64,000 nucleotides of DNA, taken from assembly GCA_035084275.1 (NCBI GenBank), contig CM068756.1:1240001-1304000 (forward strand), in the 5' to 3' direction. This document shows, piece after piece, positions 1 to 13,200 of this stretch. The DNA is from Hydrolagus colliei. Its lineage: Eukaryota. The notes under the pieces are model-generated. The model had not been told where the DNA came from. It did not search any database and was given only the letters and a program-made list of their open reading frames with translations. How positions within the stretch are numbered: position 1 is the stretch's first letter; each line of letters starts with the position of its first letter. Position numbers and translations under genes: made by a program.

Positions 1-2466
1 GTAAAAAGAAACTTCAAAAGTTGTCAAACACGGTGCCCCCCCCATGTATGTGACTTTGTGGAGGTGGCGTATGCACTGTGAGAAATGTAATATTGGACAG
101 AGGTAGCCTTGGGTTCTAAGCACCAGTTATGTTATTGGAATTAAGACTGTAACATTGTCATACCAGAGTGGTAGTTCAGGAAACCTGTTTAAACTGTGCC
201 CAAGGCAGTAATACGTTAGTCTCAGCTTTTTTAAAACTGTCAACTTATACGTTAATGTTAATGTAATCCACGTTCGATCATTATCAATGCCTCAGTTGTG
301 GTTATTTTGGAGGGGACAGACTGGAGCCAGTATTAATCTGGCAATAACACATTTGGAGATAGTGAAACTCACATCCAGATTCCAAAAAGGCATTATTGAT
401 GGAAGCGTTTGTTCTTTGCCAATCAGATGCAATCTTTATTAATATCAGAAGCTTAATTATGCAAGAATATAGATTAGATTTTAAAATATCCACTGAAGTG
501 AAGGAACCTATTGTTCTGATTTGAGTCAGTCAGGCTTCCTGAACATGGCTGCCATGACCAGGCCTTCAAAGCAACAATCTTTTAACCATGCATAGCCCTG
601 ACAGCTTTCCAATCTAAGAGTATCTTTATAACTCTCTCCTCGATTCTGCCCCACCTCAGTTGATTTACCAGCTAACACTATGACTTGGCTGAGTACATTT
701 TCTCTTCAGATCAATTCCTCTCTCCACTACACAAACGTTGCTTTTTCTATGGCCATCTTATCCTCTACCTGTGATCTCCCTCCTCCACTCTCATCGTTTA
801 ATATGTTTATATCTTGTATCTTTTAATAAACATCTATTGTCACTTTATTTTTGAGGTTTACTATGCGGTTACTGTGGGTAAAAACTGCTGACGTACTAGG
901 TCGTTTATAATATGAATATTGCGATGTTTTGAGTTCTTTATTCACCCCATGAATTCCAATACAATGCATACTTCTTTCCCACAGATCTCCTTTGTGAAAG
1001 GTTCTGTTTATTTTGAAGACTCTTCTCACTTAATTCAGTGATCACTGCACTCGACTACATCAGAAGTTAGGAATGAAAGGGACCAAAGGCACTGTAGTTT
1101 GACTCAAGATTATAGGATGTTTTAAGCATGTAATTTTGTCATGGACATGGTGAATCTCATAAAACTGAGAACACTGTGATTTTCCACTTTGCTGCAAGTT
1201 TGTTTTCTTCTTCAAATGGTATTTAAAGTCTTGAAAAGCTACCTTGTCTGAGAGAGAGGCAGTGAGATGATGTTGCCTTCAATTTTAAGATGTTGCAGAA
1301 TTGTGGAAGAAAAACTGTAGAGAAGCCTTAATTGTTTGCTGTCCTTAAGAAAAAGGCTTCCAAATCAAGGCTGAATTTAAGAAATTTGCACATGCCTGTG
1401 TGACCTTAAATTATAAGACTAAATGATCTTTCATCTTAAGTCTGGGCAGAAATATCATGCTTTGGATGTTCAACTGTAGAGGTCACAGCTTGTCTGAAAT
1501 AAATAATACAGTTGAGAATTTCAGGTCAGCATGGTGTAAAAAACCCACAAAAAAAAGCAAAACTGTGTTCTTGTTCAAAAAACGTTTAAACTGCTTGACT
1601 GCAAGAAATCCCAGTATTTGCAAAAGAGTTTGGTGCCCTGCACTTTATTCAGGGTCTACAAGATTGTTAACGGTGTGAGCAGCAGAAGATTGCTTTTAAA
1701 TAGGGACTGTACCACACCATGAATTTTAACAATTTGTTGCCATGGCTCTGAAATTAATCAGAAAATCCAGTGGCAAAATTACACCATCCATCACATATAT
1801 GCTCTTTTCCTCTGTTACCAGGATGTGCAGCTTTCTGGTTCTCGATTATTCCCACTCTTACACAATTAATTCCCATATAGCCACGTACATTTGTTTCTTG
1901 TTACTGGTCGCCAAGTCAGGTGAACTATTCACTAAACCCTTTCCTTCCACCATCACGTCACTCAATCGGAATGAAATCCGTTCAGCCCTTCTGTTTTCTT
2001 CGTCTGCGAGTCTTAAGCTAATAATGATGTCCACATGGTAAACACATGTAGTCCAACACATTATTACCACATGGAGATCAAAGGATTACTAGTTTCACAG
2101 AAGTTAGTCCGGTTTGATCAGCACTTGGTAAAACAACTAAAATCTTCTTCTATGTTTTTACTATGTGACAACTGCAACAGACATTCACTTTATCTTATTG
2201 ATGATCACAAGCGTGGTTCAAAACAGATAGTGCACCAGGCTTCGACTGGAACTTGGAGTGACTCGAGTATGAGTTTTCGAAGTCTCGGCTTACTAAAAGT
2301 GAATTTCAGTCCGTGCATGAATTCTTGCATTGGAGCCTATGATGCAGTATTGTGCAAACCTAATGTGGCAGCTGCGCAGCACACTTGGCATGAGTACAGT
2401 GCCTGTCTTTAACCTCACAAATGTGCTGAACAACACAGCTGATTTCACACCGGCAGCAAGACCACC

Positions 2467-2468
<2 letters not shown>

Positions 2469-2517
<49 letters not shown>

Positions 2518-2531
2518 CGAGAGCGAGAGAG
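2469..2531. repeat. (GA)n microsatellite
   Basis: Direct reading. Confidence 0.95.
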
Positions 2532-3069
2532 ACGCCCTCATTATTACACTGGGGTGCAGCAGCCGGGGTTTCAAGAGACGAAAGGGCAGGTAAGTGTGGC
2601 TCGAATAGCCAGCCAGAAAATACTCGATGGGCCAAATGGAATCTCTGCTACTATTCTGATGAGATTGGGAGAATTGCAGCCGGACTTCACTGTGCAACGC
2701 ATGTGGGCCGAACTTCCATTCCTGAGATCTTTAACCTCCCCCCCCCCTCCTAATAAGCAGTGCGAGTGAATGGTGTGACTTCAATCTGCACCCCTCTGAA
2801 CACAGTGTCAAATGCCAACTCAGTGCAAAAGGGGTGGCTGTAGCAATTTCAAAAGCATTGAAAGAAAGCGAGGTGGAGAACAACATAGCCAAAACACGTG
2901 TCGTTTTGCTCATACTGCTTTTTTTTAATGTATCACAATGAGCAAGAAACATACTTGATGAAGTATTTTCAAAGGAGTATATTCAATTACCATCTACAAT
3001 CAACTTAACTATGACAACAAGGTTTGTGACAAAAAATTTTAAAGTTCGAAATTCACGTGGTTGTTAGTT

Positions 3070-6000
3070 TCCATGATTTTGGTACAGTTGAAATTTTTCA
3101 TTATTGTTACAGTAACAAAAAAACTAACAAGACTACATTATAGAAAAAACATCAAGAACATCATTTTTGGTTTAACTTGCTCTTTTTTTTTTGTACATTG
3201 CAAGGCTGGAGATACCTCTTTCACCTCAGGGTAATGTTTCCAAAGTTGCCCAAGATGTAAAAGTCAATGCTGTTCACAGTGGGCAGTTTCTCCACAAGAA
3301 TGACAATAATCTTCTTTATTGTCCAAGAACTTAGATACATCAAGTATGCTGACTTGTGTTAATGCTTCTCTTGTCTTATTCTTTTTCCCCCATGCCACAA
3401 AAATTGGACACTTTTAATGCGGCACCTTTCTCATTGCTTAAAGCTTTGGCCACATTCATATATAGTTAAATAATTTTTTTCAAAAACTGCTCAGTGCTTT
3501 TTCCTGCTTCAGTACTGGTGGTGCCTTTAGATGCAAATATGTCTTGTCCACTTTTCACCTGTACGTCTTGCTATGTTAAACTGTAAAACTTGGGGTAGCC
3601 TGACCCACACAATTATTAGTCTTTGTAAATGGTAGAGTACAAGTGCTACTGAACAGACTTTGGAAACAAAGGTCAGAGTTCCAAGAAAATACAAACCAGA
3701 AAATTGCACCTTAAGAGGCCATGTCATAGTATAAAGATAAAAAACATAAAACAAACCAGTATTTAAAATATAATGCTAGTGTTAAAATGTTAACAGTTAA
3801 TATGAGAAAAATTATATATGATACAGAAACATACTAACATACAAATTAACAGTTAAATGCCGAATATATTTCATAGAGAATCACATCAAATAACATAAAA
3901 TCAAAAAAAACAAAACTGTACAACCTTGGAATAAAATTTTTCATCTTGTGGGAGTTTATTTTTTTAAACCTCATTTTAGAAAAGAATTAGAATTTTCTGT
4001 TTTTGAACGTGATCAGATAACTTTATGTAAAATAGGCCTACGACTTTCAAATGTAATTTAAATTTCAGTCACTTTTGAAACTGGAGGGCTACACTACTAT
4101 CTGCATGTAATCATTACAAAAAAAAATATTTTTGCACTGTGTACAAGCCTGATTATGAATATGTACAACAGCTTATTGACTACTTCTTTGTTTTAAAAAA
4201 AAACAAAAAAAAATGTTTTAAACAAAACAAATCAGTTCCCTGCAACAAACTCCGAGCTGATAGTTTGGAATGAACTGGAGTTCTGCAATTTATGTTGGCT
4301 TTTGACATTAGTAAAAGCATCAGCCAAACTGAGCCATGGAAAGGTGTATTCACAGTCTAAAAACGTTCCATTTGCAACAGAAAGATGAAAAAAGGAATAT
4401 CAAAAAAGCAAGGGCTAAAACTGATTTATTGGTTTCCAGTAAAGCTTAGCAAAAAGCAAGGTATAAGCAAGCATCTACTGTGTGACTACAACATTTGCAG
4501 CAAAAAAAAGTTTTTTTTTAAAGAGTTCAGACCTTTTTAATGCTAGTAATGAATATTTTGACATTAATGTGACTACAGAGATGTACATAACACAAGTGCC
4601 CAAATAACAAAGACATTTTCTTAAAAGATCACTATCTGATATCCATGGCAGTAGCAGTGTCTTCTAACCACCACTGCACTTATTTCACAATACAAGGACA
4701 AACCTTTAAGTAAAAAGTTTTTTTTGGTATTTTTATTTGTTTTGTCTTAAGCCGTTCCTTTGCTTGCAGAAGAAGCAATGGCAACGGCCCCGATATTACC
4801 ATTCCTTTTTTTAAAATTTTTATTAAATCAGAAGAACAAATTCTCAAGTACTGAATAAAGATGCCTCTTTTCATCTTTATGCACCAATGGTGAAAGTGTA
4901 TGTCTTTGGATTTTGTTAAAGCGCGAGAATTTTTTCTCTTGTGACAAAAGAAAAAAAAATTAACCTTTCCCCCCCCCACCCCTTTCCCCTCTCCCCCCCA
5001 ACCCCCCCAAAAAATAGAGACCAGACTGCCGCCACACTACACAGAAAACAGAAATGTCTGCTTCATAGGAAAAAAAATTCCATAGCATCTACAAAAGCAG
5101 AAAGGTAAGTGCACGAAGGTTACAGACACAGGTAAATAATCATTATGTTCCTTAAAGGTTCACAAAAAAAGTTGAAAAGGACCCTATCCACAAAAAATCT
5201 TTAGTTACTTTTTTTTCCTCCTTTAAAACTAGAGCAAGCACCTTCAGCGAGGAAGGCGAGCAAGCGTTAAGGAAGGTTTCAAGGTCGGAAGGGGAAAGAT
5301 GGGAAAGGAAGGAATACAACAGGCATAGACCAGTAACTTGATTCAATCTACCCTATAGGAATGAACAAGACAACATCAAAATGAAGAGCTTTCTGTTGGA
5401 CAATACAAAAGCTAATGTACACAAAGGTTTTTCCATCTACCATACTGTTTAGGTAATTTCCAATGCAACAAACTACTCAACACCAAAATGTTCATATCTA
5501 TCATAAATACAGAAAGTTAGTTTTTTTAAAATTCATTGTTATCTCAGCTACAAGTCCTCAACACTCTTGTGTTTTGGTGGCAATGGGAGTGCTTAATCAT
5601 CCCTCAGATTATACAGCAGAAGAGCTATTCGTTGTAAATCCCCAGTAAAGTTTATGTGTTTTTTTTAAATAATTTTGAAACTTTTAATTATTATTATCAT
5701 TACATTTTTTTTTTAAGAGAACGCTTTCTGCCCAATCGTCTTCTGGAACAAAAAAAATAGGAAAACCTAAAAATAAAAACAGAAAAGAAAAACAAAACAA
5801 AGAATAAAAAAAAAAAAAAGTATGATTCTGAAAACGTAACAAGGTGTGAGCTATTGACCTGAGAATACAAGACATTACATTTTAGCTAGCCATTGGTATC
5901 TGAATGCTTACATAGCAAGAAATCTAAACTGTAAATGGTGGATTGTCATCCCATAAGGTACATGCTGCCGTCTGCTGTGCTATTAACTCAGGACATGTTT

Positions 6001-6270
6001 GAACTGGGGAAATAAAGGGGTTCAGGTTCAAAGACCACTGTAATTAAATTGAGGCAGTTCATTGCTTTCTGGTTCTGTCATAGCTCAGCTAACCATAGTA
6101 CCTTCTAGCAACAAGTGTAACAGGCTTAGATGTTGCCAGCATATCAGTATGAGACAACAATCCTGAAAGATTTTTTATTTATTTTTTTGGTTAGAAGCTT
6201 TGGAATTGCAGTTAGTCTTTTTTGAAATTGGTTTTTTTTTTTTTATTAATCATATTGTCCATCTTCAAGC
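3070..6270 (-). other. ZFHX3: Probable ZFHX3 3' UTR (distal end uncertain)
   Basis: U-rich on the minus strand with no recognisable interspersed repeats. AATAAA on the minus strand at 4430-4425, 3960-3955 and 3320-3315; the cleavage site cannot be fixed from sequence alone. Confidence 0.6.
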
Positions 6271-7162
6271 TTACAATCTGAAGGTGTCCATTCCTACACT
6301 TGTCAGACTACTGTCTCTGCGGCAGCTGGGGTCATTTGAACCCTCCAGCGGGCAATCCAGGCCATCTGACTTCTGGCTGAGCTCACTGTCAGACTCATCT
6401 GAATAGCCGTCTGTTGGTATAGAGGTCTGAACCCCTGAGGTGCTGCATGAAGTTGAGGTAACTGTTGAAGATGAGGAGAGAGAAGGTAAAGAAGAGGGCT
6501 TCCTGACTGTGGCTCGGGAAAGAATGTTAGGCCAAGATTTCATGGAGGCATGAGGGGAGAGGCTGGAGGAGGAGGGGCTGTCATTAGAGTGAGCGGCAGA
6601 CTGCGAGGTAGATGCGGTGTTAGGATCGGGGAAGCAGGCTGAGTGAGGTAATAAACTAGCGTGCTCTTTGGCGTATCTTGCTGCTCGTTTGATTGTTCTG
6701 TGTTTGTGCAAGGTTGACTCGAGATGTTGACTGAGAGCTTCATCCCCGCTCAGTGTAGTATCACAGGCCAGGCAGTGGTAGGTGCTGTTGGGCACACGGA
6801 GCACCATCTCTTGCAGATTTATCACAGACTGACCGAAGAAACATATCGACTGCAGGTGGCTCACGGCTGTCTCTTCATCAGTGAAGACCATCTGACACTT
6901 GCGACAGACCAACTTGTACTGCACCTTTGGAACAATGAACAGGTCAAGCGAGTCCGTACTTTTGCTTTCTGTTTGCTGCTGTTCTTCTGGTTTTGGAAGG
7001 GATACTTCTCTGGGAGCACTGGTTTGCTCTTCTGGTTCAGTAGATTCTTTGGCGGATTCTTTGTCTGGGGAAGCGGATAGTGGTGGGGCAGGGGCTTGGC
7101 TTGGTTTAGGCTGCTGCTTTGGCTGTTGCTGTTGTTGTTGTTGTTGTTGTTGCTGCTGCTGT

Positions 7163-7200
<38 letters not shown>

Positions 7201-7880
7201 TTGTTGTTGTAGCTGTTGTAACTGCTGCTGTAGCTGCTGTTGTTGCTGTTGTTGCAACTGCCTCTGTTGCTGCTGGAGGGCATCTTGTAGACTTTGCTGG
7301 TACTGCTGATATTGCTGCAGCAACGATCCTGGTGACAGCCCCATCAGAGCTTGGGACAAAGCTGGATTGTAGGGAAACAGACCCTCCATTCCATACATTG
7401 GCTGCAGATATCCTCCTTGTAGGGCTCCGGGAAGTTGCGGGGCGTAATACGGAGAAAAGCCAGGCACAAAGTATGGCAAAAACTGGCTGGTGAGCAGAGC
7501 AGTTGGATCCGAAGCCAGGGCACTTTGTAAGGCCTGAAGCTGAGCCGGATCTACCACATACTCCATGCCAGGTATCGGTACTGATGTCCCAGCACTGCTG
7601 TCACTTTTCTCCTTGTTAGCTGTGGGCGTAGGGTCTACTTTTTCTTTTTCCTTTTCCTTTGCCCTCTCATTCTCTTTGCTTTTACGCTGTTCTGGTTGCT
7701 GCTGTTGCTGCTGCTGTTGGTTAGCTGTGGTTGGACGTGATGTTGCGGTGGTGGCCTGTGTCGAGGCCTGCGATGTCAATGAAGGAGATTGCTTGCTTGG
7801 CTGTCCACTAGTCGGAAGGCCAGGAGAGGGTACAGTTGAACCAGGAATGCCCAAAGGGTTAGGTTTGGGAGGAGTTAAAG
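6271..7880 (-). CDS. ZFHX3: ZFHX3 terminal coding exon (Q-rich region, two C-terminal zinc fingers, stop)
   Basis: Acceptor ttctttttag|CTTTAACT (AG at 7882-7881), phase 1. Encodes (A)LTPPKPN...[13 protein letters not shown]...QYKLVCRKC...YHCLAC...GMDTFRL*, matching the ZFHX3 C-terminus as I recall it; TAA at 6273-6271. Confidence 0.95.
7123..7275 (-). repeat. Coding CAA/CAG repeat: 29 consecutive Gln (7123-7209) within a longer Q/L tract
   Basis: 87 nt of ttg/ctg triplets on the + strand between Pro and Leu codons. Confidence 0.97.
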
Positions 7881-7984
7881 CTAAAAAGAAAAACAAAGCA
7901 TAAAACATGTAGAATTTTTGTTTAAATCAATGATTGCAAGGAGGCCGGAAACACAGACACAGAAGCAAGTGGGCATTTCCAGTT

Positions 7985-8127
7985 TATCATAATAATCCTT
8001 TTCATTGGATATAGCACCTTGTGTCCTTGAGATGTCCCAAAGCACTTCACAGAACATACTGTAAAGTAGATTGACTGTGTATTTTGTGGGCAAAATGGTG
8101 GCAGAAATTACAGTGACAGTACCACAC
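7985..8127 (-). mobile_element. 5'-truncated SINE tail fragment
   Basis: gatatagcacctt...tcccaaagcacttcacagaacatactgtaaagt...ttgactgtgtattttgtggg. Confidence 0.8.
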
Positions 8128-8487
8128 TGAGCGATATCTTCACCACTTAATTTTTTTTTAAAGTTCACTTCAAAAGCACAGGTTAACAAGAGCATAAACA
8201 ATTTTCAGGTTGTATTCCACAAGAGGATGAGAAGCAGTAATGGAGGGAAGGACACTTGGATACGTTCAAGAAGTTTGTCCTTCCGCCAATGTTAATCGGA
8301 ACACCCACGACCTCTACCTTTTCCTATTGACAACCCCCCCTCATTCGCAACTTCCGGCCCAATTACCAACCTCTGCCTCCCCCACAGTGCCAACCTCTGT
8401 CATCATGTCCCCCCCCCCCACCCCCGTCCATTCCCAGCAAGTAATAGTTTTGCCAATGCCACCGTATTATGACCTAGAATACTGTCC

Positions 8488-8600
8488 TCAAGCATTTTTC
8501 CTGGTTACCCTGTTCCAGCAATCAATTACCCTTTGTGCAAAGGGATATTTCCTGGCATCTGTCTTGAAATATCTCTTTAAAACCCTGAACTTCTTCTGCT
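8488..8600 (-). mobile_element. Degenerate CR1 ORF2 C-terminal fragment
   Basis: KFRVLKRYFKTDARKYPFAQRVIDCWNRV resembles the CR1 R..FF.QRV...WN.LP motif. Confidence 0.6.
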
Positions 8601-10219
8601 TTTTGTTCTTGTTGCCTTTGGTGCTTTTCTTATTCTGTTGCCTTGGTGTATCTGACACTACAGTTCTGGGATGACTTTCCCAGACCCAATTAAGAGTCTC
8701 TGTTTGAAGTGACATTCTCACTCCTGTTACCCCGAGGGGCAGCTTGTTTATAAACAAGTTTTTTTTTAAAAAAAAGCTTAGGTCATCCATATTTGTACTA
8801 CTTGAATAAAGGTATGAAGGTATTATGATCAACGTGGCACCGTGGAATCCCCACTGTGCGCTTCATGTTAATTACGGCGCTGATAACTATTTGTCTCACT
8901 ACACCTGAAAGAGGTTTGACTGTTTCTCTAAACATTGTGGTTAGACTTCTGCTGCAGCATCGTAATGACATCTGTGATTCTTTGCTCTTTCAATTTCTCC
9001 CCTTTCATTCAAACACTGTTCTAAGAAACCTCACGGCATTGAACTAAACCACTTACACTTGCTTTTGGTACTGCATAGACAGTAATGGAATGAACTAAAA
9101 TGGAACTAAAACACACTTGTGGAAGTTGTTCTTTAAGTGCAAAGCCTCTTATTTCATAATTTGTGTACACTGTAGCTGATACATTGCTGTAGCTGGCGGC
9201 TTATTCAGTGATTAAAAGAATCACTGTTAAATACAAACACAGATTTTACAATATAACTGTATGTAACATGATAGCGCAGGACACTTTAGTGAACGTCATT
9301 AAATACAGCAGTAAAATCCAATTAGATAAAATAGATTGGCACAGGAAGAAAATGTGAATACATCCCTTTTTCCTTCTTCATCACAATTTACTTTATTTTG
9401 CCTGATTATGCTGACATCATTAATGACACAAACAAAATATACTTATATAGATTCTGCTGATAACACCATTCTGCAGCAAAAGAATTAGCAAGTGGCTCTT
9501 GCTTTGCTCGGTTTTGCCACAGAAACTAAACGCAACCAATGTGAAATTATATCAGTATTTATTTTATGTCCATACCAGATTCACCACATCATAAACTGAG
9601 TCTGTGGTTAAAATATCGTTCAGATACCATGCATGTCAGAAGCCATCAACAAGTCAGCTATTCTTTTCAGATATGATTCTATCAGATTACACAAGTGAGA
9701 AATCATTGCCTAGTCGAGCTGGTTGTTAACTGAAGAATGATGACTTTTTTTTTTTTGCCATAGATTTATTTGGGTGGTGGTCAAAGTAAAGGATGGCAAG
9801 CAACATGTGTGGAAGGCATGTTGGATTTGGTGAATCAAGTGCTGGCAGGTTAGGTAAGGACAGTGACAAAGGGCCCGAGACCCGACCTCAATGGAACATC
9901 TTTCACTCTACGTTTATGGCATTCAACTCTCATTGATGCCTTCCAGAGCAAGATTGCAAAATATAGTGTTGTACTTGAAAGCTTCAGTGACAATAGATTA
10001 AGATCCCAAGTGCCATGGATTCTTTTTTTCAAAACTGGGATCTGGATTACAAACTCACGTTGGTTACTAACAGTCTTTAGAGACAGAACACCTTCATCCT
10101 ATCTGCCCCGGCTGGATTTGTCCCCAGTTGCCGCAAATTAAATTTGAATCAGGCAAATATCAGATTGAAATCGACCAAGAAGCTATGTTATGTAAACATA
10201 AACGATAAGTACTACCCAC

Positions 10220-13200
10220 CTGTGTTAGATGAAGTAAAGCCAGGTAGAGATGAAGGGCTGCCCACACCTGGTAGTAACACAGGTGAAATCCCTGGCAATG
10301 CAGGGTAGGCAGTAGGAAGATTAAGAGCTTGAATTGATGGATTATCGAACAAGCCCTGCTGCTGAAGTGTTTGCTGTTGAGCTGCCAAACCAAGAACCTC
10401 ATTAGCTTTCTTGATACGGTCTAGCTCTTGTTGAGCCATTAGCCGACGGACAGTCGCTGGATCAATGTATTCAACTTCTTTATCCAGCTGACTTCCAATG
10501 GTCTCCTTCACTTTGCAGATATGTTGCTGAGAGAAGATATGATCTCTTATAGACAGCCGGGCACTATATTTGATGCCACACAAAGTGCACTCTGTTTTAG
10601 GTCCTTCATAACTGGTTTGATTGATACCAAAGTGCTTCGCCATGTTCAACTTGGCTTTTTTCTCCTTGGCCCGAGCATTCTGGAACCACACTTGAACGAC
10701 TCGTTTTGGCAGCCCAATGTCATTCCCCAAAACCTCACATTCCAACATGGTTGGTGTTCGGTAATCATTAAAGCAGGACTTGAGCAGTTTCAGCTGGAGG
10801 TTTGTCATCTGAGTACGGAAGCGTTTTTGCCCTGGTCGTTCACCATCTCCATGTTTTGCAATCGTGCTGTTTGAGCTAGGGCTGGGTGAACAGGGATCAG
10901 CAAAGCTTGAAGTCTCACTGTAATCAACAATACATTCATTTTCCAGCTCCCTAGCAAGATGACTGGGTGATGGACTGACCAAGGCAGATGACATCCTGTC
11001 TTCCATGTCTTGCATGGACATTTGAGATACCTTTTGAAGATTCTCTGCTTGGAAACTGAGCTGTTTTGAGTCAGATGCTACTCCAGTTCCACTATCATTG
11101 TCTGCATTTGCTTCATCTCCGGTTGTAGTGTCAGTTATAGCAGTGTTGATTGATGAGCAATCATCATTATCAAGCCTAGTTTGGTCAAAGCTCAAGTTAA
11201 TTGAAGAAATTGTGGGACCATCATAGTCTTCGATCCCTTCTACCTTGATGGATGAGGGGCTAAGCAGAGCTTTGGGTGAGAATTCTCCACTTTTGTTTCC
11301 TGGTGAAATGGTAGAGCATTGACCATCGCTGTTTAATGACGACAGCTGAGCAAAGCTGGAGCAATCCAACTGATCCCCTTTCAGCATGCTTACTCCGTCA
11401 CTGTCCATTGACAAAAGAGAAGACATGGCCAGATTGTACCCAGCACGTTTGGCTTCATGCCAATGGCGGGATCGGATGTGGGCTTCAAGTGCTGTCTTGG
11501 CTTTAAAGAGGGCTCGGCAGAACGGACACCGCCTGTGAGCTTGAGATGGGCCGATAGCTCGAAACTGCCCTTTCCTTTCTCTGGCCCGAGTGTTCTGGAA
11601 CCAAACTTGAACAACGCGCTTTTTGAGGCCTACTTCATGTGCAATATGGTCCAACATCTTCCGGGTTGGGTTCGAATCGAGTAAGTATTTCTGGTAGAGA
11701 ATTTCCAACTGCTCTGGGGTGATGGTGGTCCTCAAACGTTTATCTCTTTGAGGTTCGTCTCCATTGTTTCCACTGTCGTTATCCCCGGGACTAACGCTCG
11801 CCTTTTCTTCCAGTTTTCTCTTTAGTGTATTCATGGCAGAATTAGGCGTGGAGGGTGAAGATGCAGAGCTTGTTGGGATCTGAGGTAGAGTTCCAGAAAG
11901 TAGCTGACCGGCTAGCAGAGGGTTATTGGGATCAAAAAGCATGAAGGGCATCTCTAGGGGGCGATCCAAGAATTGAGGATGGACAAATTGGTTTTGTGCA
12001 GTCAGGAAATGGAGCTGTTGATGCTCCTGCCAAAGATCAAAGGTTGGGAACGCCATTTTGCACTGGTCACATTGGTAGTGAATCATCTGCGGAGGTAGGT
12101 TGCCATGCTGCTGTGGCGTTGAAGTGTGAAGCGGGTTTAAAGAAACGTGAGGAAGCTGAGATGGGCTCGGGCTGGCTTGGGACACAGAGCACTGGGGCTG
12201 TGAGGGCTGAGGTGGCGAGAGCTGTGGGATTTTCGGTTGGGTTAGCTGTGGTTTCTGATCTTGCTGCTGCTGCTGTTGCTGTGTCTCGGTTTTTGCCTCT
12301 AACATGTTCTCTTGCGAATGCTGCTGCTGTGTATCAGGAGATTCGGGTTGCTTTGGTTTCTCATCGCAAAACTCTAATTTGCACAGAGTTTCTTCTTTTT
12401 CAGCTGAGGTTCGGGGCAGGTTTCCAGAAGATCCACTCGGCATCGGTGGTGACAAAGATGAGGCACAGACAGCTGAGCTCATTAGATTGAGGTGAGAAGA
12501 TGAATAAGTGGTAATCAATAGCTCAGACGCATCCATGGAGTCCTCAGTCTGACTGTCGTCTTGAAGATCATCATCCTCGTCTTTGTAGCACATCTTCTTC
12601 TGGTGCTTGATCAGGTCGAAGATTCGTTGAAATACCAGATTGCATTTCTTACACTGGTAATTCAAGTTATTCGTGCGAATGTAACGGTCGTTCGACAATT
12701 CCCGACGTTCGCCCTCCTTGCCGTCCCCCTGGTTCTCGTAGTTTTTCCTGGCTTTCTGCCGCGCGTTCTGAAACCAGACCACAATGACCCGAGTCGGGAG
12801 GTTCAGCAAGTTGGATAGCTGCTCAAATTCATCGTCCTTTGGGTAAGCATTGGCGTCGAAGAAGTCCTGCAATATGCGTAGTTGATAGTCGGTGAACCGC
12901 GTCCTACTCGATCGGTTGCTCCTGAAATACTCAGTCCTTGCCGGTTCCGGAGAAGGAGGTTTGGAATCTATTTTTATATCTTCAAGCGACGTGACTGGGG
13001 GGTTGTTGAAATTATACGGCGAATCTTTGTTGCGCTGGCGTTCTTTGAATAAGGTGTTCCTGAACCAGTGCTTGATCACTTTTTGGGGCAACCCCGACTT
13101 ATCAGACATCTCTTTGATTTGGTCCTCGTTTGGCGAATTATTTATGTCAAAGTACCCTCTAAGGATCTTCAGCTGATCGTCTGTGATGCGTGTCCGCGGC

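Noticed and set aside
1-2460. Neighbouring gene downstream of ZFHX3
   Set aside because: Only short ORFs without recognisable motifs or convincing exon structure.
6724-7903. Poly-Cys, poly-Ala/Val and poly-Asn/Ser ORFs
   Set aside because: These are alternative-frame and antisense readings of the CAA/CAG repeat in the ZFHX3 exon.
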